Of a DNA stretch of 49,795 nt, positions 17,739 to 26,910 are shown piece by piece. The notes beneath the pieces are model-generated. The model saw only the letters and a program-made list of their open reading frames with translations. It ran no database searches and was not told the DNA's origin. Both the position numbers and the translations under genes were made by a program. The first letter of the stretch is position 1. Each line of letters starts with the position of its first letter. Source of the stretch: a virus; UHGV virus genome UHGV-0206958, one strand, 5' to 3'.

Positions 17739-20700
17739 ATGGAAGCGATCACTGGTGCAAAGGGTGGCAGCCAGAAGCAGCACACACCTGTAGAACAACC
17801 TGATTCGGCGCAGTCAATGGCGCGCTGCCGCATGCTGCTGGCGCTCGGGGAGGGTGAGTTTGCTGGTGGTCTGGATGCGACCAGCATTTTCCTGGACGGT
17901 ACGCCGCTGGGAAACTCAGACGGAACGATGAACTTTGAAAACGTTTCCTGGGAATTTCGGCCAGGCACACAGACCCAGACGCCGATTCCGGGTTTCCCCG
18001 CAGTGGAGAACGAAACTACAGTCGGCGTATCGCTGACAAAAGCCACGCCCTGGACGCGCGCGCTGAGCAACACCCAGATTGACGCTGTGCTCGTTCGCAT
18101 TGGTATTCCGGGTTTGCAGCAGCAGGAAAACGACGGGGATATTGTCGGCACTACCGTAAAGTACTATATCGATCTTGCTGTAGATGGTGGTGCGTTCTCT
18201 ACGGTCATGACAAGAACCGTCACAGAGAAACTCAGTTCGCTCTATGAACTAACCCACCGTATTAATCTTCCCAAAGCCAGCACTGGCTGGCAGATTCGCG
18301 TGGTGCGTGACACTGATGACAGCACCAGTCAGATGTTGCAGAACAAAACGCAGGTACAGGCGATCACTGAGGTTATTGATGCGCGCCTGCGTTATCCCCA
18401 CACGGCGTTGCTGTATGTGTCGTTCAACGCCAAATCGTTCAATAATATCCCGAAGGTTTCCTGTAAACCTAAGGGGCGCATTATCCGCATCCCTTCGAAT
18501 TACGATCCGATAGCCCGAACCTATAGCGGCACATGGGACGGGACGTTTAAGTGGGGCTGGACGAATAACCCAGCATGGATCTGGTTCGATGTGCTCACTG
18601 AGCCGCGTTTCGGACTTGGCCGACGCGTCACGGCTCAGATGCTGGATAAGTGGGAGCTTTACCGTATTGCCCAGCGTTGCGATCAGAAAGTACCTGACGG
18701 GAAGGGTGGCGACGGTACCGAGCCGCGCTTCATGTTTGACGTGTACATTCAGGCGCAGGCCGACGCCTGGCAGGTGATCAAGGATATCGCCGCAGGGTTC
18801 AATGGCATGACGTTCTGGGGCAACAATATGTTCAATGTTGTCTCGGACATGCCGGCAGATACGTCGAAGCTGCAAATCCTTACCCGCGCTTCGGTGGTGG
18901 GCAAACCGGTTTACTCGAGCGGCAGTGAAAAGACCCGCTACTCCAGCGCGCTGATTAACTTCAGCGACCCTGACAATCACTATCAGGACCGCACAACAGC
19001 GGTGATGTTCCCGGACCTGGTTAAGCAGTTCAAGTTTAAGCAGACGCAGATCACCGCAATCGGCTGTACGCGCGAGAGCGAAGCACAGCGCCGTGGCGGG
19101 TGGGCTGTGTACTCCAACTCACTTGACCGGATTATCACGCTACAGACCGGGCTTGATGGCTATGTCTACGTGCCGGGTACCGTGTTTGCATTTGCTGACG
19201 AACGCCTTTCAGGGCGTGTTTATGGCGGGCGTATAACCGGATATAACGCCGGGTTGAAGGCTGTGACAACCGATCGGGGAACCAGTGCCGTTGCGGGTGA
19301 CACACTGATGATCCGCACACGGGGCGGTACCGTTGAAAGCAGGGTGATCCAGGCCGTAAACGGCACGCAGCTGGTGGTCGCCACGCCTTTCACGGCAGAG
19401 CCGTTACCCAACGCTGTATTCGTCATCGATGCCGGGCAGTTGCGCCTGCAATACTTCCGCGTTACGAACCTGAGATTTGATGATGAAGAAAACACCTTCA
19501 CAATCACCGGGGCCGAATATAACGCATCAAAATATGATGCGGTCGATAACAATGCCCGCCTGGACACGCCGCCAATTAGTCTGATACCAACCGGTCTCGT
19601 CAACCAGCCGACCAATATCGTGGTAGCGAGCTATGACGCAGTGCGCCAGGGGCAGCGAGTGGCTACCCTGACGGCATCCTGGGATGCGCCGGTCGACAAG
19701 AACGGCAAACCACAGGCGGATGTCATAGCCTATCGGGTGCAGTGGAAGCGCGGCGACAATGAGTGGGTTAACGTGCCGGAGACTGGCCTGCGCAATATCG
19801 AAGTGGCCGGTATCTTCGATGGTGATTACCTTGTCAGAGTCAGGGCAATTAACTCTGGCGGGGCCTCAAGTCTATGGGCAACTTCAGCTCTCACGCATCT
19901 GAAAGGACGCACTGGTAATGTGCCTAAGCCGGTTGGTCTTTCTGCAACGGATAATGTTGTTTTCGGCATCAACGTAACCTGGGGATTCCCTGCTGATTCC
20001 GGTGATACGCTTAATACAGAACTGCAATACAGCCTGACCTCTGACGGTGCGAGTCCGATGCTTCTGGCTGATGTTCCGTATCCTCAGAAACTCTATCAGC
20101 AGATGGGGCTGAAGGCAGGTCAGGAATTCTGGTATCGCGCCCGGCTGGTTGACCGCATCGGGAATCAGAGCGACTGGACAGACTGGGTGCGCGGGCAGGC
20201 CAGTATCGATGTTTCCGATATCACCAATGCAATCCTGGAGGACATCAAAAGTTCTGAAGTCTTCAAGGACCTAATTGAGGATGCAGTAGCCAGCAGCGAG
20301 AAACTGGCTGAACTTTCTGATGCGATTAAGGAGAACGCCGATGGTCTGGCTGCCGCCGTAGGTTCGAATAAGCAGACCGCTGAAGCAATCATCGGAAACG
20401 CGCTGGCTATTGCCGATGTTGTCGTGCGCCAGACAGCCCAGCAGGGCGCTAACTCTGCGACATTCGAACAGCTCAGGGAGGTGATCGCCACTGAGACGGA
20501 AGCCCGCGTTACGGATGTTACTCGTCTTGAGGCGAAAACTGCCCAGAATGAAGCGGGTATTACTGATGTTCGCCAGGCGTTAGCAACGGAAACTGAAGCT
20601 CGCGCTTCTGCGGTAAGTCAATTGACGGCTGCCACTCAGGCCGCATCTGACAAAGCTGATTCAGCAGCTGCTGTAGGTGCTCAGAATACAGCATCAATCA

Positions 20701-21596
20701 CTGACCTTAGCCAGGTTGTCACGGACCTCGATTCCTCAATGGCATCACGCCTGGAAGAGCTGGGGGCACAAACTGATAAGGCCAGCGGCGGTATTCAGAG
20801 TAACTCCATCGCGCTAATTACGAGTACGCTGGCGCAGGTTGATCAGCAGGTGAGACTCAGCGCGCAGTACGGTGACAGTAAGGCCAGCATCGATCGTATT
20901 GATAATGTTATGGCAAGCGACAGGGAGGCAACAGCGCGTTCGCTGCTGAGTTTGCAGACTGACGTGAACGGCAACAAGGCAGCAATCAACAGCCTGAACC
21001 AGACGTTTTCCAATTATCAGCAGGCCACGGCCACGCAGATAAACGGCATTACGGCGACCATCAACGGGCACACTTCAGCGATCACCACCAACGCGCAGGC
21101 CATTGCTAACGTCAACGGCGACCTGAAGGCGATGTACAGCATCAAGGTTGCCGTGGATGCGAACGGAAAACAGTATGCTGCTGGTATGGGGATAGGTGTT
21201 GAGAATACTCCATCTGGCATGCAGTCGCAGGTATTATTCCTCGCAGATCGTTTTGCAGTGATGATGCAGGCAGGAGGAACCCCCACCATCGTCTTCACCA
21301 CGCAAAATGGTCAGTTAATAATCCGCGATGCTGTTATCGGGGAGGGGACGATCGGTAACAGTAAAATCGGTAATTACATCCAGTCATCAACCTGGGATGG
21401 AACAGGGAATGTCGGATGGCATATCAACAAGTCCGGGTATGCCGTGTTTAACAACGTGACTGTTCGTGGCTCGATTTACGCCACAACGGGTAACTTTGGA
21501 TTCAGTGGGCCGAACAAGGCGACGGTGATAGACAGTAATGGTGTAACTATCAACCTGACCGGAGGCGGCCGTATCGTACTTGGAGAATGGACATAA
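17739..21596 (+). CDS. Tip attachment / host specificity protein J
   Basis: 1285 aa with a lambda-J-like N-terminal two thirds and central FN3-like domains. The helical region carries an ATETEAR repeat, and the distal YAAGMGIGVEN motif is present. Confidence 0.9.
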   Translation: MEAITGAKGGSQKQHTPVEQPDSAQSMARCRMLLALGEGEFAGGLDATSIFLDGTPLGNSDGTMNFENVSWEFRPGTQTQTPIPGFPAVENETTVGVSLTKATPWTRALSNTQIDAVLVRIGIPGLQQQENDGDIVGTTVKYYIDLAVDGGAFSTVMTRTVTEKLSSLYELTHRINLPKASTGWQIRVVRDTDDSTSQMLQNKTQVQAITEVIDARLRYPHTALLYVSFNAKSFNNIPKVSCKPKGRIIRIPSNYDPIARTYSGTWDGTFKWGWTNNPAWIWFDVLTEPRFGLGRRVTAQMLDKWELYRIAQRCDQKVPDGKGGDGTEPRFMFDVYIQAQADAWQVIKDIAAGFNGMTFWGNNMFNVVSDMPADTSKLQILTRASVVGKPVYSSGSEKTRYSSALINFSDPDNHYQDRTTAVMFPDLVKQFKFKQTQITAIGCTRESEAQRRGGWAVYSNSLDRIITLQTGLDGYVYVPGTVFAFADERLSGRVYGGRITGYNAGLKAVTTDRGTSAVAGDTLMIRTRGGTVESRVIQAVNGTQLVVATPFTAEPLPNAVFVIDAGQLRLQYFRVTNLRFDDEENTFTITGAEYNASKYDAVDNNARLDTPPISLIPTGLVNQPTNIVVASYDAVRQGQRVATLTASWDAPVDKNGKPQADVIAYRVQWKRGDNEWVNVPETGLRNIEVAGIFDGDYLVRVRAINSGGASSLWATSALTHLKGRTGNVPKPVGLSATDNVVFGINVTWGFPADSGDTLNTELQYSLTSDGASPMLLADVPYPQKLYQQMGLKAGQEFWYRARLVDRIGNQSDWTDWVRGQASIDVSDITNAILEDIKSSEVFKDLIEDAVASSEKLAELSDAIKENADGLAAAVGSNKQTAEAIIGNALAIADVVVRQTAQQGANSATFEQLREVIATETEARVTDVTRLEAKTAQNEAGITDVRQALATETEARASAVSQLTAATQAASDKADSAAAVGAQNTASITDLSQVVTDLDSSMASRLEELGAQTDKASGGIQSNSIALITSTLAQVDQQVRLSAQYGDSKASIDRIDNVMASDREATARSLLSLQTDVNGNKAAINSLNQTFSNYQQATATQINGITATINGHTSAITTNAQAIANVNGDLKAMYSIKVAVDANGKQYAAGMGIGVENTPSGMQSQVLFLADRFAVMMQAGGTPTIVFTTQNGQLIIRDAVIGEGTIGNSKIGNYIQSSTWDGTGNVGWHINKSGYAVFNNVTVRGSIYATTGNFGFSGPNKATVIDSNGVTINLTGGGRIVLGEWT

Positions 21597-21597
21597 C

Positions 21598-22563
21598 ATG
21601 CCAAGAGGACTACTAATTGATCTGAATGATGGCGGAAAGCGGATGGAGATAACGGCGGGTCTTCGATGCCCGTCTTTTGGATCCTACTTTGACAGTGGCT
21701 ACCAGAAAGCCAAATACGCTGATATTGCCGGTTATGTTTCCGGGGCGCAGGTGCTGTTTATCCCGCACGCGACAGCTTACCTTGATTCAGGGCTGCTTCA
21801 TAAAATGAACTCGGTCACCATATCCGGTGGCCGTGTGACGCAGAACTCCACGATGAAGGACGTAAGCATCAGTGAGCGTGAGAGTACGTACACGTTCCCC
21901 GGAAGCATCTGGCAGATATTTCCGTCAGGCCAGCGTAGTGGTGTGGGTCTTCTCATCAGCAACAGCACTGACTTCACCTCAATAACCAATGCTACACAGT
22001 CAGGACAGTGTATCTGGAAGGGGACCGTCAATGTCTCCACAGGCGGCTGGGCAGTTCCCACGATAGCGGGGTACGACAAGTCCAAATATATCGTTTTTGG
22101 GCGCTGTAATAGCGCTAACACCGTCGATTTCGATGGCAACACGGTCAGGTTCTTCAGCCCTCCATCCACCAACGATGATGCTCCGACGACCGGCACGATA
22201 GATATTGTCATCTTTGCCAGTGGCGTGGCGCCTCAGCCGGGCACCGGGCTCAACATCTTCAATGCAGCCGGGGCCTGCACGTTTTCAACGACAAAGCGGC
22301 CTTTCGTCTACCTCAACCAGCTCTGGACGCCTTCAAAAAATGCCGTGAGCATCGGCAGCGGGTATGTTCCGCTGGGTAGATTCGGGCTGATGGCTCACGA
22401 AGTTAATGGCATGTACGTGTATCGAATGTTCGGAATAAAAATACAGAACGGCAGTGCTTCAGTTCAGGGTGGGAAATATCTCGGGCGCGAACAATATGCC
22501 ATTTTTGGTAATGACACGGTAACGCCCCTCAATCTTCCCGTTCTTCCCGATATGTACGTCTGA
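21598..22563 (+). CDS. Hypothetical tail-associated protein translationally coupled to J
   Basis: 321 aa. Its ATG lies 1 nt after the J stop (TAACATG). S/T/G-rich and predicted beta-rich. Confidence 0.5.
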   Translation: MPRGLLIDLNDGGKRMEITAGLRCPSFGSYFDSGYQKAKYADIAGYVSGAQVLFIPHATAYLDSGLLHKMNSVTISGGRVTQNSTMKDVSISERESTYTFPGSIWQIFPSGQRSGVGLLISNSTDFTSITNATQSGQCIWKGTVNVSTGGWAVPTIAGYDKSKYIVFGRCNSANTVDFDGNTVRFFSPPSTNDDAPTTGTIDIVIFASGVAPQPGTGLNIFNAAGACTFSTTKRPFVYLNQLWTPSKNAVSIGSGYVPLGRFGLMAHEVNGMYVYRMFGIKIQNGSASVQGGKYLGREQYAIFGNDTVTPLNLPVLPDMYV

Positions 22564-22585
22564 AAAATATCACCCTTTAAATGCA

Positions 22586-22609
22586 CCCTCGCTCCGGCGG
22601 GGGTTTTTA
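22586..22609 (+). terminator. Rho-independent terminator
   Basis: CCCTCGC-TCCG-GCGGGGG followed by T5. Confidence 0.6.
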
Positions 22610-22624
22610 TTGCCTGGAGAAAAC

Positions 22625-23935
22625 ATGATTTATACCACCGGCACTATCGCCATCAGCGGAAACACCCTTACAGGTACCGGCACAAACTTCACTGCTGCTG
22701 GTTCTCTTATTCGTAACGGCTGTACCGTTATTGCAATGACCAGCCCTGTGCAGGTATTTCAGATTACCGCCATCGGCAGCGCAACAAGTCTCACCGTAAC
22801 GCCAGCGGCTAACCCAGCAGTTCCCGCCGGAACCCGATTTGCCATTCTTCTGAGTGACAGTCTGAGCGTGGATGGGCTGGCGCAGGATATCGCTGAAACC
22901 TTCACGATGTACCAGCGCTACATGAGCGGGTTCGCTGATGTGATGAACGGTACTACAGACGTCACTATCACGATTAACGGTGTGGCCGTTACCGTGCCGG
23001 GCCAGAAATCACTGGCGAAGAAAGGGGCTAACAGCGATATAACCAGCCTAAGCGGCCTGACTACCGCGCTCAGTATCAGCCAGGGCGGTACAGGTGCAAA
23101 GAATGCTGCTGACGCTCGCACAAACCTCGGTTTGGGAACATCTGCAACAAAAAACACAGGAACAATGAGCGACAATGTCATGCAGCCCGGCATGTTTGGG
23201 CTTGGTCGTCCGGATGGGGCATTAATATTCAACACAACGAGCCAGGATGATCTTCTTGTTGGATTGACAGGATATGGGCTTACAGTTCTTCGAAATGATG
23301 CCCAAATACCTGAGCCATGGAATATATGGAACTATTCTCCGACAATATTTGCCCGTACCGGTGATACTTATAGTCTTTTCTCAATGCCTTTTGAATCATC
23401 TGGCAAAGTTCGTATTTTGGGGGGTTCTGCCAGCACAGGCTGGACGCACAGCAGGATCTTGTATGATGATAAAAATACGGTTGTAGATAGCAATGGCTTT
23501 ATAAAACAGGCATCCCCGGTCGTCAAAGTCTTCTCTAATGGTAAATATGAAACTAACGACGAATCAGAAGGCGTCACGGTCACTCGTCTGGATATCGGAC
23601 AATACCTTATTGAAGGCTGTAAAGCACTCAATTCAGACGCTGCCTGGGGCGGTATCGACGGAGGATTTGAAATCCCCACAGACAGGAATAAGCAACCGCT
23701 CATATGGCTGGACTACGAGGTTAACGCAGACGGCTCTGTGCTGGTAAAAACCTATCACCGCGAACATTCTTCTGCGCCAGCATTTGCCAGGAATGAGCGT
23801 GATGGATTGGCAGATGGTGAGCCGGTTGACATCCCGGCTCATCAGTTCGTCAGCGTTCGTGTAGAAATGCCAGTTGACAGCATCTGGAATCAGAAACAAA
23901 CGGAAGAGGCTTTAAAGCAGGAACAGGGCTCGTAA
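22625..23935 (+). CDS. Side tail fiber protein
   Basis: 436 aa starting MIYTTGTIAISGNTLTGTGTNF, with the fiber motif SISQGGTGAKNAADARTNLGLG. The distal half is AT-rich. No tail-fiber-assembly gene follows it. Confidence 0.7.
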   Translation: MIYTTGTIAISGNTLTGTGTNFTAAGSLIRNGCTVIAMTSPVQVFQITAIGSATSLTVTPAANPAVPAGTRFAILLSDSLSVDGLAQDIAETFTMYQRYMSGFADVMNGTTDVTITINGVAVTVPGQKSLAKKGANSDITSLSGLTTALSISQGGTGAKNAADARTNLGLGTSATKNTGTMSDNVMQPGMFGLGRPDGALIFNTTSQDDLLVGLTGYGLTVLRNDAQIPEPWNIWNYSPTIFARTGDTYSLFSMPFESSGKVRILGGSASTGWTHSRILYDDKNTVVDSNGFIKQASPVVKVFSNGKYETNDESEGVTVTRLDIGQYLIEGCKALNSDAAWGGIDGGFEIPTDRNKQPLIWLDYEVNADGSVLVKTYHREHSSAPAFARNERDGLADGEPVDIPAHQFVSVRVEMPVDSIWNQKQTEEALKQEQGS

Positions 23936-23939
23936 AAAA

Positions 23940-23973
23940 CCGCCGCCCATTTTGTGTAGGAATGAGCGGCGGC
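23940..23973 (-). terminator. Terminator for the leftward msgA-like gene
   Basis: CCGCCGC/GCGGCGG stem. On the minus strand it is followed by T6. Confidence 0.5.
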
Positions 23974-24028
23974 TGATTGCTCAGTGTTCATGCCCGAGCA
24001 AACGTCGGGAATATTACCCGAACAATAT

Positions 24029-24295
24029 CTACAGGCCAACCTGGCGAACGGTCGGGAACTCAGAAACCAGCCACATATCGGACTCTTCAAACATCTCCTC
24101 CAGCAAGCGGTTCAGTTTTTCCCGATCGCTTTTGCTGGCATCGCTGTTCAGGCCGTTCGCCTGCATCGGCTTCACCTTCACTTCGGCATCAGGGAAAATC
24201 TGGTGCACCCGCTTCGTCAGCTCGTCCAGAATGATTTCTCTGGCCCCTTCGAGCCCTTCAACATTTCGCTTGTCATAAACCAACTCAACGAACAT
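24029..24295 (-). CDS. msgA: DinI-family protein, MsgA-like
   Basis: Starts MFVELVYDKRNVEG...MWLVSEF, matching Salmonella MsgA as recalled from memory. GGAG RBS, with a LexA box in its promoter. Confidence 0.75.
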   Translation of the reverse strand: MFVELVYDKRNVEGLEGAREIILDELTKRVHQIFPDAEVKVKPMQANGLNSDASKSDREKLNRLLEEMFEESDMWLVSEFPTVRQVGL

Positions 24296-24337
24296 CACTC
24301 TCCATCCTTGCTGACTTGATCTGGTGAAACAAAAATA

Positions 24338-24357
24338 CTACTGTATATGCATACAGT
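24338..24357. promoter_or_regulatory. LexA (SOS) box TACTGTATATGCATACAGTC in a divergent promoter region
   Basis: CTGT-N8-ACAG consensus. It sits between msgA (-) and the 24382 ORF / UmuD-like ORF (+). Confidence 0.8.
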
Positions 24358-24381
24358 CAATGAGCGAGTGAGGGTGCGTTT

Positions 24382-24621
24382 ATGACTCGTCAACCGAATA
24401 TTCGTGCCGCCTTCGTCGCGGCAATAGAGGTTAACCCAAAAGGGTACCGTTATCTGAGAACAGATAGCTTCATCAAAAAGTTGCGGGGGTTTAACTGGCA
24501 CTTCAGCCGTGCAGAAGCAAACTCATGGATAGAACGCTATCAACCCGGTTTTGCAGATAAGACAACTGACGGCAGTGATAACAGATACTGGATCCTGCGT
24601 AACATGGGGAGGGTTCACTGA
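24382..24621 (+). CDS. Small hypothetical protein downstream of the LexA box (candidate SOS-controlled antirepressor)
   Basis: 79 aa, RBS GAGGGTG. Confidence 0.4.
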   Translation: MTRQPNIRAAFVAAIEVNPKGYRYLRTDSFIKKLRGFNWHFSRAEANSWIERYQPGFADKTTDGSDNRYWILRNMGRVH

Positions 24622-24944
24622 TGGGATTTGCATCACCAGCAGCTGATTACGTTGAGCGCCAGCTCACTCCCGAAATTCTGTGCAACATGGGCGCCGATAG
24701 CAGGGTTCTTGAAACTGATATGGGATTCGCGGTTATCGAGCCTGTAGTGATGAAGACGCCAGGAGATGTGTTGCTGATTTTGTGCGACGGGCACACACAG
24801 TTTGCCAAGCTGATGGGACGATCGCTCATAACAGACGACGGCGAAGCGATCGAAGGGGCTGCTCTGGAAGAAGTTGAGGTATTGGGTAGAGTGACGTTCT
24901 TCATCAACCGTGCGCTGGGCGATGATGACTGCCCAACAATTTAG
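24621..24944 (+). CDS. UmuD-like protein, degenerate (no S24 catalytic serine)
   Basis: N-terminus GFASPAADYVE matches UmuD GFPSPAADYVE. GDVLLI and FAKL segments are retained, but the GDSM catalytic serine is replaced and one beta-strand is missing. Confidence 0.45.
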   Translation: MGFASPAADYVERQLTPEILCNMGADSRVLETDMGFAVIEPVVMKTPGDVLLILCDGHTQFAKLMGRSLITDDGEAIEGAALEEVEVLGRVTFFINRALGDDDCPTI

Positions 24945-25063
24945 TTTTCATTGCTTAACCGTAGTCACTCGTTATCACACGATGAACAGGAGATCGTATG
25001 CTGACGATTTGGGCGCTACAGTGTAATATGCATGCCAGTCGTTGATGGGGTAGTTACTGTGGA

Positions 25064-25357
25064 GTGTCCACCGCTGTGTCCATCAAGAAGATTTAATCCG
25101 CATAGCGAGTAAATAAATTCATACATATGAAGAACATAAGAAATTTCTCCATCATTGCTCACATCGATAATTGATACCCCGCCAGCCTCCGCAAACCTCC
25201 GACAAAAACGCCTCAAGCTCCCCATCAAATCAGCCTTTCCAAAAATCATACTGTTTGCATGTACAGTCAACCTACGACATCATAAGTCATGGTTTTTGTG
25301 TCCACCAGTGCGTCCATATCCTATGATGGACACATAACCCCCAGTTCTGATGGACAC
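25064..25357. other. Candidate attP region with integrase arm-type repeats (GTGTCCA / TGGACAC)
   Basis: GTGTCCAcc 25064, GTGTCCAtc 25076, GTGTCCAcc 25298, GcGTCCAta 25310; inverted TGATGGACAC at 25324 and 25348. The cluster is immediately upstream of int. Confidence 0.45.
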
Positions 25358-25372
25358 ACGCAGGGACAAATC

Positions 25373-26602
25373 ATGGCTATTTCAGATAGTTATCTAAAGT
25401 CGTGCCTTGGGCGCGAACGAGACAAAGTTGAAGAAAAGGCAGACCGTGATGGTCTGTGGGTACGCATCTCCAAAAAGGGAGCCGTTACTTTTTTCTACCG
25501 ATTCCGCTTCCTGGGCAAACAGGACAAGATGACGATCGGCAGCTATCCGGAATTCGGATTAAAAGCCGCGCGCGATGAAGTCGCTAAGTGGGCCGCTATT
25601 CTTGCCCGTGGCGAAAACCCTCGGATTAGGCAAAGCCTCGACAAAGCCAAGATTAACAGCCAGTACACCTTCGAAGAGCTGTTTCGCGAATGGCACGCTA
25701 TGGTCTGCATTCAGAAAGAATCAGCCGGGCAGGTCCTCCGCACGTTTGAATTGCACGTTTTCCCTAAGCTCGGGAAGTACCCGGCGCATCAGCTGACGCT
25801 TCACAATTGGCTCACTGTTCTGGATCGTCTGGCGCAGGGATACACCGAGATTACCCGGCGCGTAATCAGCAATGGCCGGCAGTGTTATTCATGGGCGGTG
25901 AAACGCCAGTTGCTGGAGGTCAATCCACTGGCTGAAATGTCTGGGCGTGATTTCGGCATCCAGAAACAAATGGGTGAGCGAACACTGGACCGCAAAGAAC
26001 TGGCGATTGTCTGGCGAGCCATTGAGGATTCCCGCCTCATTGAGCGAAACAAGATCCTCTATAAATTGTCACTGATATGGGCGTGCAGGGTCGGCGAACT
26101 CCGGCAGGCTGAAGTAGCACATTTTGATTTTGAAGAAGGGATCTGGACTGTTCCATGGGAAAACCACAAGACAGGACGGAAGACAAAGAAACCGATAATT
26201 CGACCTATCATCCCGGAAATGCTCCCACTGATAAGACGGGCCATTGAGCTGGCGCCAGGACGCTTTGTTTTTTCAAAATATGAAGACAAGCCGATGAGTG
26301 AAGGCTTCCATATGAGCATCAGCAGTAACCTGGTTAAGTTCATGCTCAAGGCCTATAACGAGCAGGTCCCACACTTTACTATTCATGATCTGCGCAGGAC
26401 TGCGCGAACGAATTTCTCAGAGCTAACCGAGCCGCATATCGCCGAAATAATGCTTGGCCACAAACTGCCTGGTGTGTGGTCAGTGTACGACAAGCACACC
26501 TATGTTGAGGAAATGAGAGTGGCATATGGTAAGTGGTGGGCCCGACTTATGAGCATCGTCGAGCCCGAAATTCTGGAGTTCACGCCGCGTCAGGTCGGGT
26601 GA
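25373..26602 (+). CDS. int: Tyrosine integrase (P4-like, DUF4102 N-terminus)
   Basis: 409 aa starting MAISDSYLKSCLG with an AGGGA RBS. The C-terminal catalytic region contains HDLRRTARTNFSEL and LGHK...SVYDKHTY. Confidence 0.85.
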   Translation: MAISDSYLKSCLGRERDKVEEKADRDGLWVRISKKGAVTFFYRFRFLGKQDKMTIGSYPEFGLKAARDEVAKWAAILARGENPRIRQSLDKAKINSQYTFEELFREWHAMVCIQKESAGQVLRTFELHVFPKLGKYPAHQLTLHNWLTVLDRLAQGYTEITRRVISNGRQCYSWAVKRQLLEVNPLAEMSGRDFGIQKQMGERTLDRKELAIVWRAIEDSRLIERNKILYKLSLIWACRVGELRQAEVAHFDFEEGIWTVPWENHKTGRKTKKPIIRPIIPEMLPLIRRAIELAPGRFVFSKYEDKPMSEGFHMSISSNLVKFMLKAYNEQVPHFTIHDLRRTARTNFSELTEPHIAEIMLGHKLPGVWSVYDKHTYVEEMRVAYGKWWARLMSIVEPEILEFTPRQVG

Positions 26603-26864
26603 GACGGCCTTTATCATCACGGGTTAGGTTCAGGTGAGACATCGGCTTACGAGTTGATCGTGACATCTCTTTAATCTGCCAGGCGGTGACTTTGGTTCTG
26701 AGCCATTTATTGGGTCCACCCATGTAAGCGCAATCCGGCTCAGGGAAAGGGTTCTCGTTTGGGGCTCTTTTCCTGTAGCGTTCGAGCGTACGCGGGGAAA
26801 TACACAACTGGCCGCAGATATCTTTGGTGCTCATCAGCTCAAATTTATTCGTTGCTTTGCTCAT
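26580..26864 (-). CDS. AlpA-family excisionase / transcriptional regulator
   Basis: MSTKDICGQLCISPRTLERYRK is an AlpA-type HTH. GGAGA RBS. It is convergent with int and overlaps it by 23 nt. Confidence 0.65.
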   Translation of the reverse strand: MSKATNKFELMSTKDICGQLCISPRTLERYRKRAPNENPFPEPDCAYMGGPNKWLRTKVTAWQIKEMSRSTRKPMSHLNLTRDDKGRLTRPDAA

Positions 26865-26910
26865 CTTCGTTCTCCAATGGCCCCAACCGGGGCCGTTTGA
26901 TAATTCTTTA

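Noticed and set aside
18249-18980. 243-aa minus-strand ORF inside J
   Set aside because: It is antisense to the well-supported J gene.
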